Positions 6,878-14,580 of a stretch of 43,320 nt of DNA are shown piece after piece. The position numbers and the translations under genes were made by a program. Each line of letters begins with the position of its first letter. Within the stretch, counting starts at the first letter, position 1. Origin of the DNA: a virus; IMG/VR virus record IMGVR_UViG_3300037467_001254, positions 1 through 43,320 of that record. One strand, given 5' to 3'. The notes beneath the pieces were generated by a model, which searched no databases, had not been told where the DNA came from, and worked only from the letters and a program-made list of their open reading frames with translations.

Positions 6878-7086
6878 TCACCCCCTTGCGCCTGGAGAGC
6901 GCGACGGCCGGCAGGTGTGATGCGATACGCGACGAGAAACGGGGCAGGAGCTTCCACTTCCAAGAAATAGCCTTTGCTTGCCCATTCGGAGAGCAAGGCA
7001 TTGCTTCGGCTTGTCACCCAAGCGCAGGCCGGATTCTTAGTGACGATAGCCAACATTTCCCGTTCGGCCTTCGTCAGCTTAGCCAT
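6874..7086 (-). CDS. Hypothetical small protein, possible winged-helix (70 aa)
   Basis: 4-nt overlap with the downstream gene. Confidence 0.55.
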   Translation of the reverse strand: MAKLTKAEREMLAIVTKNPACAWVTSRSNALLSEWASKGYFLEVEAPAPFLVAYRITPAGRRALQAQGGE

Positions 7087-7375
7087 GGTGCTTCACCTCC
7101 ATGGCGCGGAGGGCAGAAGCGATGCGCTCGGCGGATTCTACTGCTCCATCCCAGTACGGTTTTGCGGTCTGATCGAACGAGGCGAAGCAGTCATTTGCTC
7201 GCTTGTCAGCAACCCCAGCCGCCCGTTCCAGCGTCGGCCCATGGTTCTCGTCGCGGTGGATGAGGTCGAAGCCGCCCTCGCGCAGAAGCTTGACGACACC
7301 TTCCGCTTCTTCGTCGTAAATCTCAATCCCGGCAAGCGTGCAAGCGTCTATCAGCGCTGTCTCTCTCGCGTCCAT
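7079..7375 (-). CDS. Hypothetical protein (98 aa)
   Basis: Operon context. Confidence 0.6.
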   Translation of the reverse strand: MDARETALIDACTLAGIEIYDEEAEGVVKLLREGGFDLIHRDENHGPTLERAAGVADKRANDCFASFDQTAKPYWDGAVESAERIASALRAMEVKHHG

Positions 7376-7377
7376 GG

Positions 7378-7788
7378 CTATTCCTTTCCTGCGAGGGCGG
7401 AATCAAAGGCATTCAATTCCGAAACAGTGCTGGAATACGCCTGCCCGTTGAGGTGATAGGTCACTGCCCGCACTTGGTTCGCGAACGCCAAACCACGCTC
7501 CCGCAGCCGCGCATTGTCAGCCGCGAGGCGCTTAATCTGCTGGTCCTGTGTTTCCACGATCAGCATAGCCTCGCCAGCTTCGACCTTGGCGCTTTGCAAG
7601 CCAGCCGCGAGGCTGTCGCGCTCAGCTTCGGCGGCTTTAGCCTGGTCTTGCCACATGCAGGCCAGTTTGAAAGAGTCGTGGCCGACCTCCCGCGCCTCGG
7701 CCAGCTGGCGCTTGAGGTCGGCATTCTCGCGTTCGATCTCGCCGCGTCTTTTGGGAGGCGAAAGCCAACCAGTCGGTTCCTCAACCAT
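7378..7788 (-). CDS. Coiled-coil protein (136 aa)
   Basis: Long heptad-like charged region ENADLKRQLAEARE...QQIKRLAADNARLRE. Confidence 0.6.
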   Translation of the reverse strand: MVEEPTGWLSPPKRRGEIERENADLKRQLAEAREVGHDSFKLACMWQDQAKAAEAERDSLAAGLQSAKVEAGEAMLIVETQDQQIKRLAADNARLRERGLAFANQVRAVTYHLNGQAYSSTVSELNAFDSALAGKE

Positions 7789-8020
7789 TCTTCCGGCCCT
7801 CCTTTGCAGGCAGTTCGCGGTGGAAATTTAGGTTGAAATCCAGCGCTGCCAGGTAAGGAGATTTGCCGAAGCCCGCTACGCCGTCCTGCAAATTGTCACC
7901 GACTAGCCAGCAATACTGATCACCGTCCACCGTCAGCTTTGCCCCGAAAATGATAACTAGGTTCATTTCGGCCGTTTGGATGATCCGCGCTTCGTCTACG
8001 TTCTGGACATAGGGCTGCAT
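7781..8020 (-). CDS. Hypothetical protein (79 aa)
   Basis: Operon context. Confidence 0.55.
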   Translation of the reverse strand: MQPYVQNVDEARIIQTAEMNLVIIFGAKLTVDGDQYCWLVGDNLQDGVAGFGKSPYLAALDFNLNFHRELPAKEGRKNG

Positions 8021-8021
8021 G

Positions 8022-8801
8022 TTACCGGCCCTCCTGTTCGAGGGCGGCGTCGATACCGGCGAGGGTAGCCTGTGCTATTGCGTCGTCAGGTCCGGTCAGG
8101 GCTTTAAGCAGCACCTTGGCGTTGTGCATCGCCTCCACCACCCGCTCATCGGCGGGATGGGGGTGGGAGAGGACGGAGAGGATGCGCGAAAAGGCGGCAC
8201 ATTCAGTTGGATCGTAGTCAGTCCAACCGGCATCACCAGCCGCTGATACGTAGCCAGCGCTGAATGCATGTTTCAGCAGGTTGGACAAGTCCAGCGGCTT
8301 CACCTTCACCGCCTGCCCTCCTGCGCCTATGGTGAGGGCTGTCACGTCAACGAGCTTAATGACGTTCTTGGCGTACGATGGCGGCGTTGACCAATGATAC
8401 GCCACAGATCGCGCCGTATCGCCTCCGGGCAATTCCTCCTCCCACATATAGGCAAGGACTGGAATGCCGTTGACGGTTTCGCCGCTTAGGGTTCGCTCCG
8501 TCACCTGCGGCGGATTGGCGGGCTGCGGGGAGGCGGGCGCAAGGTCATTCAGAACGGCAAGCACATCCTCGGGGCCGTATTCGTTTCCGGCATCCAGTAG
8601 GTCGAATTTGACCATCCACGAGAGCACAGCGTCGGCAATCCGCTCCGCCACCGGCTCGCCTGCTTGCGGCTGCGCGCTCTGTGTGGAGAGGGATTCGATG
8701 GCGTCTACTGCGCGATCCATCCATTTTCTGGCGAGGTTCGGCGTCCCTTTCGGATCGATCGACTTGCGTTCGGCTACCAGCGCCTTGTGTTCGGGGGTCA
8801 T
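8022..8801 (-). CDS. Hypothetical protein (259 aa)
   Basis: Long ORF coupled to its neighbours. No recognised domain. Confidence 0.65.
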   Translation of the reverse strand: MTPEHKALVAERKSIDPKGTPNLARKWMDRAVDAIESLSTQSAQPQAGEPVAERIADAVLSWMVKFDLLDAGNEYGPEDVLAVLNDLAPASPQPANPPQVTERTLSGETVNGIPVLAYMWEEELPGGDTARSVAYHWSTPPSYAKNVIKLVDVTALTIGAGGQAVKVKPLDLSNLLKHAFSAGYVSAAGDAGWTDYDPTECAAFSRILSVLSHPHPADERVVEAMHNAKVLLKALTGPDDAIAQATLAGIDAALEQEGR

Positions 8802-9400
8802 GCTGCCTCGCTTTTAATGGAGACGGATTGGGCTAGGGAAATCAGCGCATCCCGGAATGGTATCGGCGTGGCATTCGCCTCCCGCTTCGGAAGGGTCGGC
8901 TTATTGCGGTCCTTGCCACGCTGATCATGATAGCCGACTTGGTGTGACCCTGGTTGGCGCGACCAGTCGAGATCAACAGGCTTCGCGCCGACGAAATAGA
9001 GCCACGTCGCCTTGGCCGCTCGGTGCCCGTAAGCGGACTGCCAAACTTCGCAGACCCATCCTCCGGTTCTGCATCGCGTCCAACCGCCCTCGCTTGGTTT
9101 GGTCAGCCCAAACCAATCCCACGCGCGGCTCTTGGCGGGATGCTCGAGGACTCCACCCCATAGGCGGACTGCATGCAGCGCTGCGGCGAAGCAACCACCA
9201 TCGTTACGAGGACGATTATGCTCACCGCCCCATCGGGCATAGTTGACGAACGCCATAGAGCCCCACCGCTGGCAAGGCGGGTGCGCGACGACGGAGTACG
9301 GTCCGGCGTATTTTCGCGCATCTCGATGCTTGTCCCACGGATCGACGCCCGGCAGGCCGAAATAGGCACCGTCTTTTTCGACATATAGGGCGGCAATCAT
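8798..9400 (-). CDS. C5-cytosine-methyltransferase-like protein lacking an obvious SAM-binding N-terminal region (200 aa)
   Basis: Motif IV-like HPPCQRWG at aa ~41. Motif VI-like GGVLEHP about 43 aa later. Motif VIII-like SAYGHRAAKATWLYFVG. No FxGxG motif. Confidence 0.5.
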   Translation of the reverse strand: MIAALYVEKDGAYFGLPGVDPWDKHRDARKYAGPYSVVAHPPCQRWGSMAFVNYARWGGEHNRPRNDGGCFAAALHAVRLWGGVLEHPAKSRAWDWFGLTKPSEGGWTRCRTGGWVCEVWQSAYGHRAAKATWLYFVGAKPVDLDWSRQPGSHQVGYHDQRGKDRNKPTLPKREANATPIPFRDALISLAQSVSIKSEAA

Positions 9401-9804
9401 TCTCCCGCCCTCCGATCTGGAGCGGAGGAGAGACGGTCGAGCCGCTCGATTTCAGCTAGGATGAGCGCGCCGGCCTTGACGAGATTGCGGCGGCGGTCGC
9501 TGAATTTCCACCATTCGTCGCCCCACGGCCAAAGAGTGGCGATTGGATAACCAGCAGCATAGCAGGCCGCCGCCTTAGCCATTTCACCTTTGGTGTGTTT
9601 GTCGTCATGCTCCGGCGTCCAGCCTTCGGCCTCTATCTGCCGGAGACGCTCGGCAAGCACATCGATGGCCGCTTGGCTATCCCGCCAACCCGCTTCACTG
9701 GCGGGGAGAGCGCAGAAGCGACCGCACATGATGTCGAACACCTCCTGCGCAGTGCGGTTTTCAATTCCGATGATCGGGCGCAGCAGTTCGGTAGGTGCGT
9801 TCAT
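9397..9804 (-). CDS. Hypothetical protein with EHDDKH / WPW / RRRNLVKAGALILAEIERLDR motifs (resembles phage DUF550-type proteins; low certainty)
   Basis: Motif recollection only. 4-nt overlaps on both sides. Confidence 0.5.
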   Translation of the reverse strand: MNAPTELLRPIIGIENRTAQEVFDIMCGRFCALPASEAGWRDSQAAIDVLAERLRQIEAEGWTPEHDDKHTKGEMAKAAACYAAGYPIATLWPWGDEWWKFSDRRRNLVKAGALILAEIERLDRLSSAPDRRAGE

Positions 9805-10184
9805 GACACAATTTCTCCGGTGCGGCGGTCGATGACATCGCCGTTGATTTTTTTGCGGAAACGCGAATTGGACAGGGTCGACTTGGGCTTTCGAATGCCG
9901 AGGTGCTTGTCTTGCTGGCGAAGGGTTTTCGCCGCCACAGGAATGTCGTGCTGAAACGTCTTGAAGCGATGGCAGGGGATGCAGATCGCCGCGCAGTTCG
10001 CTAGACTGTTATCCTTGGAGTTGGCATCCAGATCGATGTGGTCGAACTCCACACCGAAGGCCAAGTCGGCATTGCAGCGCTGGCGAGGTTGCAGGCCGTA
10101 CCATTCGCCAACGGCCTCGCACTTCATGGCGGAGCGGCGCAAAGCGTCTCGCTTTGTCTGTTTGGTGAACTCGCGGCGCGCCAT
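9801..10184 (-). CDS. HNH endonuclease (127 aa)
   Basis: CEAVG...RC...EFDHIDL...NSLANCAAICIPCHRFKT. Confidence 0.8.
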   Translation of the reverse strand: MARREFTKQTKRDALRRSAMKCEAVGEWYGLQPRQRCNADLAFGVEFDHIDLDANSKDNSLANCAAICIPCHRFKTFQHDIPVAAKTLRQQDKHLGIRKPKSTLSNSRFRKKINGDVIDRRTGEIVS

Positions 10185-10185
10185 C

Positions 10186-10380
10186 CTACACCGCCTTTCT
10201 GGTCAGGGCGGCGTGAACAGCCTGGTACTTTGCCTTGCGCGCTCGACCGATTGCCTGAGTGCAACCGGTAGCCTTGGCGCGGCGCTCTGCTTCCGAAGCC
10301 TGTTTCCATTCAGGGAGGCGGGCGAGGGGCTGGTGACGAGTCTGCCACCACCAGATGATATTGGATATCCAGCGGTTCAT
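10186..10380 (-). CDS. Hypothetical small protein (64 aa; C-terminal part of ORF-track entry 10186..10731)
   Basis: The ATG at 10380 overlaps the ninB stop (ATGA). N-terminal Trp-rich hydrophobic segment ISNIIWWW. Confidence 0.5.
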   Translation of the reverse strand: MNRWISNIIWWWQTRHQPLARLPEWKQASEAERRAKATGCTQAIGRARKAKYQAVHAALTRKAV

Positions 10381-10793
10381 GCTGCGCGAGCCTCCGGTTC
10401 GTTGAACTCGACGCCATGCTCCGCACCGAACTTGAAAATCAGTTCGATGAGGTCGGTCATTTCGTCCTTGGAAAGGTCGGATGAAGACGTGCTGAGGTTG
10501 ACGAAGCCGGTGCCGTCCGTGTTCGGAACAATGTTCAGGGCTTCGGACCGTTCGCGCTTCAAGGCGTCGATGAAGATCAGCTTCCAGTCGTCGGCGCGCA
10601 GGCGCTTGCCGTGCCAGACGAGTTGCGTTGCCACGTCGGTGAGCATCGCCCACATGCGATCGTTTTGGGGCAGGGTGCGCTTTGCAGCCTTGAACTCGAT
10701 ACGGGTGCCGGCCGGGGCCTTCCACGCCCATGACGCTGCCCGTTCCCGGTCAACCTTGCCATTGATGGTGATGAGCGCGCGCGACATGGTCAA
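10377..10793 (-). CDS. ninB: NinB/Orf-family recombination mediator
   Basis: RTLPQNDRMWAMLTDVATQLVWHGKRLRADDWK aligns with lambda NinB RSLDQNRKLWACLGDVSRQVEWHGRWLDAESWK. Confidence 0.8.
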   Translation of the reverse strand: MTMSRALITINGKVDRERAASWAWKAPAGTRIEFKAAKRTLPQNDRMWAMLTDVATQLVWHGKRLRADDWKLIFIDALKRERSEALNIVPNTDGTGFVNLSTSSSDLSKDEMTDLIELIFKFGAEHGVEFNEPEARAA

Positions 10794-11458
10794 CCCGCCA
10801 TCAGTTCGCGGCCGACCAGAGGATCGTCGGCGGTTTCAGGGTCGTATTTCGAGCGGAGCCGGTGAACTGTGTCCCGAAGTTCGTTCAGGAAGTCGGTCAC
10901 GTCCCTTTCGATGACTGCTATCAGCGCATCGTCGCGCGGCACGCGACGAACATGGAGCCGCATCGACTCTGGCCAGCGAGGATCGAACGAAACGAAGTCG
11001 CACCATTTCCTGCCAGTGCAGGCCATCTGCCACATCATCTGTTGCAGATACTTGTCGGCGATGGGGGCGCCGTCGAGCGTCTTCTGGTGGGTTGCCGGGT
11101 TGGGGCACTTGATCTCCACTAGGCCGTCGTCTCCCACGAGGCCGTCAGGCGAAGCGCCGGTTTCAGCAATCGACGGGTGGCTTACGAAAGCGACCTGTGA
11201 AACGCGAGTGTTGCGAAAGAACTGATACTCGGATCGAGCATCGCCTTCGTGTTCCGTGCCCCACTGCATAGCGGCATTGGTAAAGCTTTCCGTGGGGACG
11301 CCGGTCAGGCGCTCAACGATAAGCTCGGACATGTAGTTTTCCCTGCCGGCGCCCCATCCCTTCTGAGTTCGCGCCCTGACATCTGCAATGCGTGAGGCAG
11401 TGACCTTGCCGAGGCGAAGCTGATGCCACTCCGGGGTGCCTTGAAGTATCTCGCTCAT
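10790..11458 (-). CDS. YqaJ-type viral recombinase exonuclease
   Basis: GTPEWHQLRLGKVTASRI...VEIKCP motifs. Adjacent to the annealase gene. Confidence 0.8.
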   Translation of the reverse strand: MSEILQGTPEWHQLRLGKVTASRIADVRARTQKGWGAGRENYMSELIVERLTGVPTESFTNAAMQWGTEHEGDARSEYQFFRNTRVSQVAFVSHPSIAETGASPDGLVGDDGLVEIKCPNPATHQKTLDGAPIADKYLQQMMWQMACTGRKWCDFVSFDPRWPESMRLHVRRVPRDDALIAVIERDVTDFLNELRDTVHRLRSKYDPETADDPLVGRELMAG

Positions 11459-12270
11459 TTCTGGCCGCCCTCACGAAGATTTTGCTCGTGCCAGCGCTTC
11501 AAGGCCGCATAAACGTCGTCGAATTTCTTTGCCGGCAGGTCAGGGAGGGCATCGATCTTCCACTTTTCGCAGCAAATCTCGGTATCAGCACCGGAAGCTT
11601 CGATCAGTTCGCGAAGCTGAACCAACTGCTCTTCATTGATCGGGTCGCCCGCATCCTCGGCCTTATTCCCGTCTCGGTCGTCGCCAGTGCTGATGTTGAA
11701 CAGCATGCAAAGCAGGTAGCGCCGGCCGTATGTCGCGGTGCTGCCGAAAGCCTGGGTGCCAGTCTTGTTGATGCCACCCTTTGCACCGGCACCGTCTACC
11801 GGAATGCCGGCTATATCGCTCTCGACATGCCCGCCGGAATGGCTGATCTGCCACTTGATTTGCAGCTCACCCAATTCGTTGTAGCCGCAGGGCTGAAACG
11901 TCACGCCAAACCCATATTTATGGATGATCGGCATGGCCTGTTCTTCGATGGCCGCCAGATCAGCGTAGTTCGAGTTGGTGTGCTTGTTGCGCTGGTTCCT
12001 CGTGACGACCGGCAATTCTTTCTGGCATTCGGATTTCGCAGCGAAGTATGCTCGGCGGGCTTCTTCTGCCGCATCCTCGCGGGCCTGCTGGCGTGCCCGG
12101 TCCTGTGCCTCATAGTACATGGCAAAGACTCGCTCGGCCCGCTCCACCGGTAGGCTAGGGTCCATCACGAGCCGCGATAGGATTGAGACGACGGGATTGT
12201 CGTTTTCCGGCGCGGTGCCGTGGGCGACAGCTCGGCTTTGCGGTTCCTGGATATCAAGGGCAGTGCTCAC
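11455..12270 (-). CDS. erf: ERF-family single-strand annealing protein
   Basis: SNYADLAAIEEQAMPIIHKYGF...GSTATYGRRYLL pattern. GTG start overlapping the upstream stop. Confidence 0.75.
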   Translation of the reverse strand: MSTALDIQEPQSRAVAHGTAPENDNPVVSILSRLVMDPSLPVERAERVFAMYYEAQDRARQQAREDAAEEARRAYFAAKSECQKELPVVTRNQRNKHTNSNYADLAAIEEQAMPIIHKYGFGVTFQPCGYNELGELQIKWQISHSGGHVESDIAGIPVDGAGAKGGINKTGTQAFGSTATYGRRYLLCMLFNISTGDDRDGNKAEDAGDPINEEQLVQLRELIEASGADTEICCEKWKIDALPDLPAKKFDDVYAALKRWHEQNLREGGQK

Positions 12271-12425
12271 GCTGCGATCCTCCTGTCTTGAAGTTGGTCC
12301 CGCTGCACGCGGGAGACGATTGCCAGAGCCTCGTCGGATGACAGGCCGGCGGTGATAAGAGCGACGAGCCAGCGGGACAGGGGGATTGCCCTTGCCTCTC
12401 CCGCAGTATCAGGGGAGGGAGTCAT
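12267..12425 (-). CDS. Small hypothetical protein (52 aa), below the ORF-track cutoff
   Basis: Sequence MTPSPDTAGEARAIPLSRWLVALITAGLSSDEALAIVSRVQRDQLQDRRIAA. ATGA overlap upstream and GTGA overlap downstream. Confidence 0.5.
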   Translation of the reverse strand: MTPSPDTAGEARAIPLSRWLVALITAGLSSDEALAIVSRVQRDQLQDRRIAA

Positions 12426-12670
12426 GGGGCGCTATCCGCTTCTGACACTCGGTTAAGATCGACGGCCTTACCGGCGTCAGTGACGCGCAGGCGGCGACGG
12501 TCGTAGCGCTCGACAAGCCCAAGCTGTTCGAGTTTCGACCAGGTTCCGCGCATCACTCCGGCACGTTCACCGGCAGCAAGGAGGACTTGGCCAGGACCAG
12601 CGAACACGCCATCACCGTTGCGATTGCGAAGCCATTTGAGGGCGGATAGCTGTGATGGAGTAGCTGGCAT
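12422..12670 (-). CDS. Hypothetical protein, possible winged-helix DNA binder (82 aa)
   Basis: Operon context. Confidence 0.6.
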   Translation of the reverse strand: MPATPSQLSALKWLRNRNGDGVFAGPGQVLLAAGERAGVMRGTWSKLEQLGLVERYDRRRLRVTDAGKAVDLNRVSEADSAP

Positions 12671-12795
12671 TACATCACCCTCCCATCAACCCATGCACCG
12701 AACAGGATGCAGGCTGCGATCAGAAACGCCCGACGCCATTCGTTTCCGAATAGCCAGTTGGCGAAGTGGTAAAGGTGGAGGTCGGCGGTACGCAT
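12670..12795 (-). CDS. Small membrane protein (41 aa), below the ORF-track cutoff
   Basis: Sequence MRTADLHLYHFANWLFGNEWRRAFLIAACILFGAWVDGRVM. TAATG overlaps at both ends. Confidence 0.45.
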   Translation of the reverse strand: MRTADLHLYHFANWLFGNEWRRAFLIAACILFGAWVDGRVM

Positions 12796-13148
12796 TACGC
12801 TGCGTCCTCCAGTTCGGAGACCCATGCAGCCTTGGCTACCTCGTCCTCGTAGATGCGGGCCTCAAGAGCGCGGAACATGTGCGCCTTGAACGAGCGATCA
12901 TCCGCAGCGGGCCGAGGCAGGGCCTCGTAGCTGTCCTGGTAGTCCCAGTAGCGATAGCCGTAGGGACGGTAGGCGCGTTTCCGGCGGCGGCCTTTCAGGG
13001 CGATGTGCTTGACGCAGAACAGGTCATCGTCCGTGCCGTTGGTAATCAGTTCGGCAGTTCCGTAGAAAGAGCCGAAGAACAGGCCGTCGATCTCGATTTC
13101 GATATCCTCGAACTCGTACTCGACGGAGTGAAGGGCGGGCGCGTTCAT
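12795..13148 (-). CDS. Hypothetical protein (117 aa)
   Basis: Operon context. Confidence 0.6.
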   Translation of the reverse strand: MNAPALHSVEYEFEDIEIEIDGLFFGSFYGTAELITNGTDDDLFCVKHIALKGRRRKRAYRPYGYRYWDYQDSYEALPRPAADDRSFKAHMFRALEARIYEDEVAKAAWVSELEDAA

Positions 13149-13450
13149 TTGGCGCTCCCTTCGGCTTTGGCGATGGCAACTGTCAGCATTTCAATGCGAG
13201 ACAGCACCATTGTGTGCTGCACCCAGCGCTTGCCCTTCAGAGCTTCGATGAGCCCTTTCATTTCGCGGGCGAATTGGAGATCGCGCTTAAGTTCAGCGAG
13301 CATATCCGGCGCTGCGGCGATCAGGCTGGCACGATCCGATTCTTCCGGCAGCACAGCAACAACCTGGCCTGACCAGTCGAGAACTCTCGGCTGTCGCCAT
13401 TCGTCGCCAGCGTCTATGTGCCAGCCCGTATCGATCTTGGTGCGGAGCAT
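13145..13450 (-). CDS. Hypothetical protein (101 aa)
   Basis: Operon context. LIAAAPDMLAELK motif is common in phage early proteins. Confidence 0.6.
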   Translation of the reverse strand: MLRTKIDTGWHIDAGDEWRQPRVLDWSGQVVAVLPEESDRASLIAAAPDMLAELKRDLQFAREMKGLIEALKGKRWVQHTMVLSRIEMLTVAIAKAEGSAK

Positions 13451-13465
13451 GGGTCAGGCCTCCGC

Positions 13466-14005
13466 TTACGCCGCAGCCTTGGCACGGGCGTCGGCTTCCG
13501 CCGTCTGAACGCGCTCAAGATTGGCAAGGTAGTAGATGGCAGCCTCGATCTCGTCGGGGGATAGGTCCGATTGATGGCGGCTGTCGCGGATGTCGCCGCG
13601 AACCTCTACAGCAAAGATGATGGAGCCATGACGGGGGCCGTAGTGGTATTCGCAGTCACAACGCTGGCCATACCAGTGGTCATAGCTCTTGGTGCCGAAG
13701 TACACCCGCCACAAATCGCCATAATGCTCGCGTACCGGGACGCCGGTCGCAAGCTGCTTGATGGCGTCGGCGATGACGGAAGCACGGTCATCGCCACCCT
13801 TCGCATAGGTGCCGCGTACCAAGACGATGGTCTTGGCGAGGGCAACCTTATCAAGGTCGATGCCTTGAGCGCTCAGGTCCAGGACTTCCGCGCGCTTTCG
13901 AATTTCATTGCGGAGGCGGTTCTCTTCAGCCTTCGCAGTTTCGATATGCGTGGCGAGTGCACCTTTCAGGTCGTGCATCTCGCAGGCTGCTGTCGTCAGG
14001 TTCAT
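13466..14005 (-). CDS. Hypothetical protein (179 aa), first gene of leftward early operon
   Basis: Purine-rich SD GGGAGAGAGGAGAGGAGAGG upstream. Confidence 0.7.
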   Translation of the reverse strand: MNLTTAACEMHDLKGALATHIETAKAEENRLRNEIRKRAEVLDLSAQGIDLDKVALAKTIVLVRGTYAKGGDDRASVIADAIKQLATGVPVREHYGDLWRVYFGTKSYDHWYGQRCDCEYHYGPRHGSIIFAVEVRGDIRDSRHQSDLSPDEIEAAIYYLANLERVQTAEADARAKAAA

Positions 14006-14157
14006 TCGATCCTCTCCTCTCCTCTCCCGCCTGCCGAGGCTCTGCGGGCTGTTCTGTCGAGGGGCTGGCGGGCCGTATTGCCCGCCTGATTGCCCGGTCC
14101 GGTTACATGGCCTCCTCCTGGGTTCGGGTAGGTGGCTTGATTGCCGTTCGACAAATC

Positions 14158-14187
14158 AATATACGCACAACACGTATGAACAAGCAA
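14158..14187 (-). promoter_or_regulatory. Leftward early promoter (PL-like) with operator
   Basis: The minus strand reads TTGCTT-18 nt-TATATT. The 17-bp operator ATACGCACAACACGTAT (14161..14177) lies in the spacer/-10 and matches the TACG-N8-CGTA pattern of the PR operator. Confidence 0.55.
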
Positions 14188-14235
14188 GGCCTTTACGTGA
14201 AAAAAGTAAGCGCGTTGACATTTTGCGTATGAAGG

Positions 14236-14268
14236 AGCAAAAAGAAAGCCCCGGCGGTGAACCGGGGC
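14236..14268 (-). terminator. Intrinsic terminator of the cI transcription unit
   Basis: The minus strand reads GCCCCGG-TTCACCG-CCGGGGC followed by TTTCTTTTTGC. Confidence 0.7.
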
Positions 14269-14275
14269 CTGATGC

Positions 14276-14580
14276 GGTTGGTTGGTTGAAGACAGTGGCA
14301 ACCGCGACGTTGCGAAACGTTATAGTATTACCACTGGGCGCGGACGAAGTACAGCCCTATCCCGAAAGATCGAAGGGGTGTTCGCCGTGACGGAGCGAGC
14401 CGTTACGACAAAGTGCGATCAACGAGCGGCACTCGCGATGACTGCTCGGCCCAAAGCGACGGCTGGCTCCGGCAGGCAAGATCGCAAGGGCTAGGGGCTA
14501 ACCTCGGATGCCGAAAGGCCCGGGGCTTAGTCTCCCTATGCCCTTTGCTCAGGCTTCACCAACAGGCAAACCTTCAAAGA
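14276..14580. ncRNA. ORF-free, highly structured ~300-nt segment between the cI stop and the terminator (candidate ncRNA or structured 3' UTR)
   Basis: No plausible ORF on the minus strand. A 65-nt hairpin at 14484..14548 has about 27 bp and a GAAA loop. Helix 14293..14298/14331..14336 encloses a 6-bp hairpin with a GCGA loop (14306..14321). There is an 8-bp hairpin at 14386..14407. Confidence 0.4.

Noticed and set aside
9961-10914. 317-aa plus-strand ORF. Similar long alternate-frame ORFs are at 12618..13508, 15404..16303, 20594..21421, 30997..31740, 33113..33916, 34639..35379 and 35504..36448.
   Set aside because: Each lies opposite or out of frame to genes with recognisable families or operon coupling. 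They have no SD or coupling signals and have Arg/Ser/Pro-rich shadow composition.
14215-14220. Consensus TTGACA that could be a rightward promoter driving a plus-sense RNA through 14276..14580
   Set aside because: No acceptable -10 hexamer lies at 16-18 nt (CAAAAA/GCAAAA). It may instead be part of an operator half-site (TGCGTAT follows).
14282-14494. 70-aa plus-strand ORF (TTG start) and the 99-aa minus ORF 14002..14301 in the cI-PL interval
   Set aside because: The first has no ATG/GTG start or SD and only average third-position G+C. The second spans the PL promoter, the leader and the terminator. The region is treated as non-coding.
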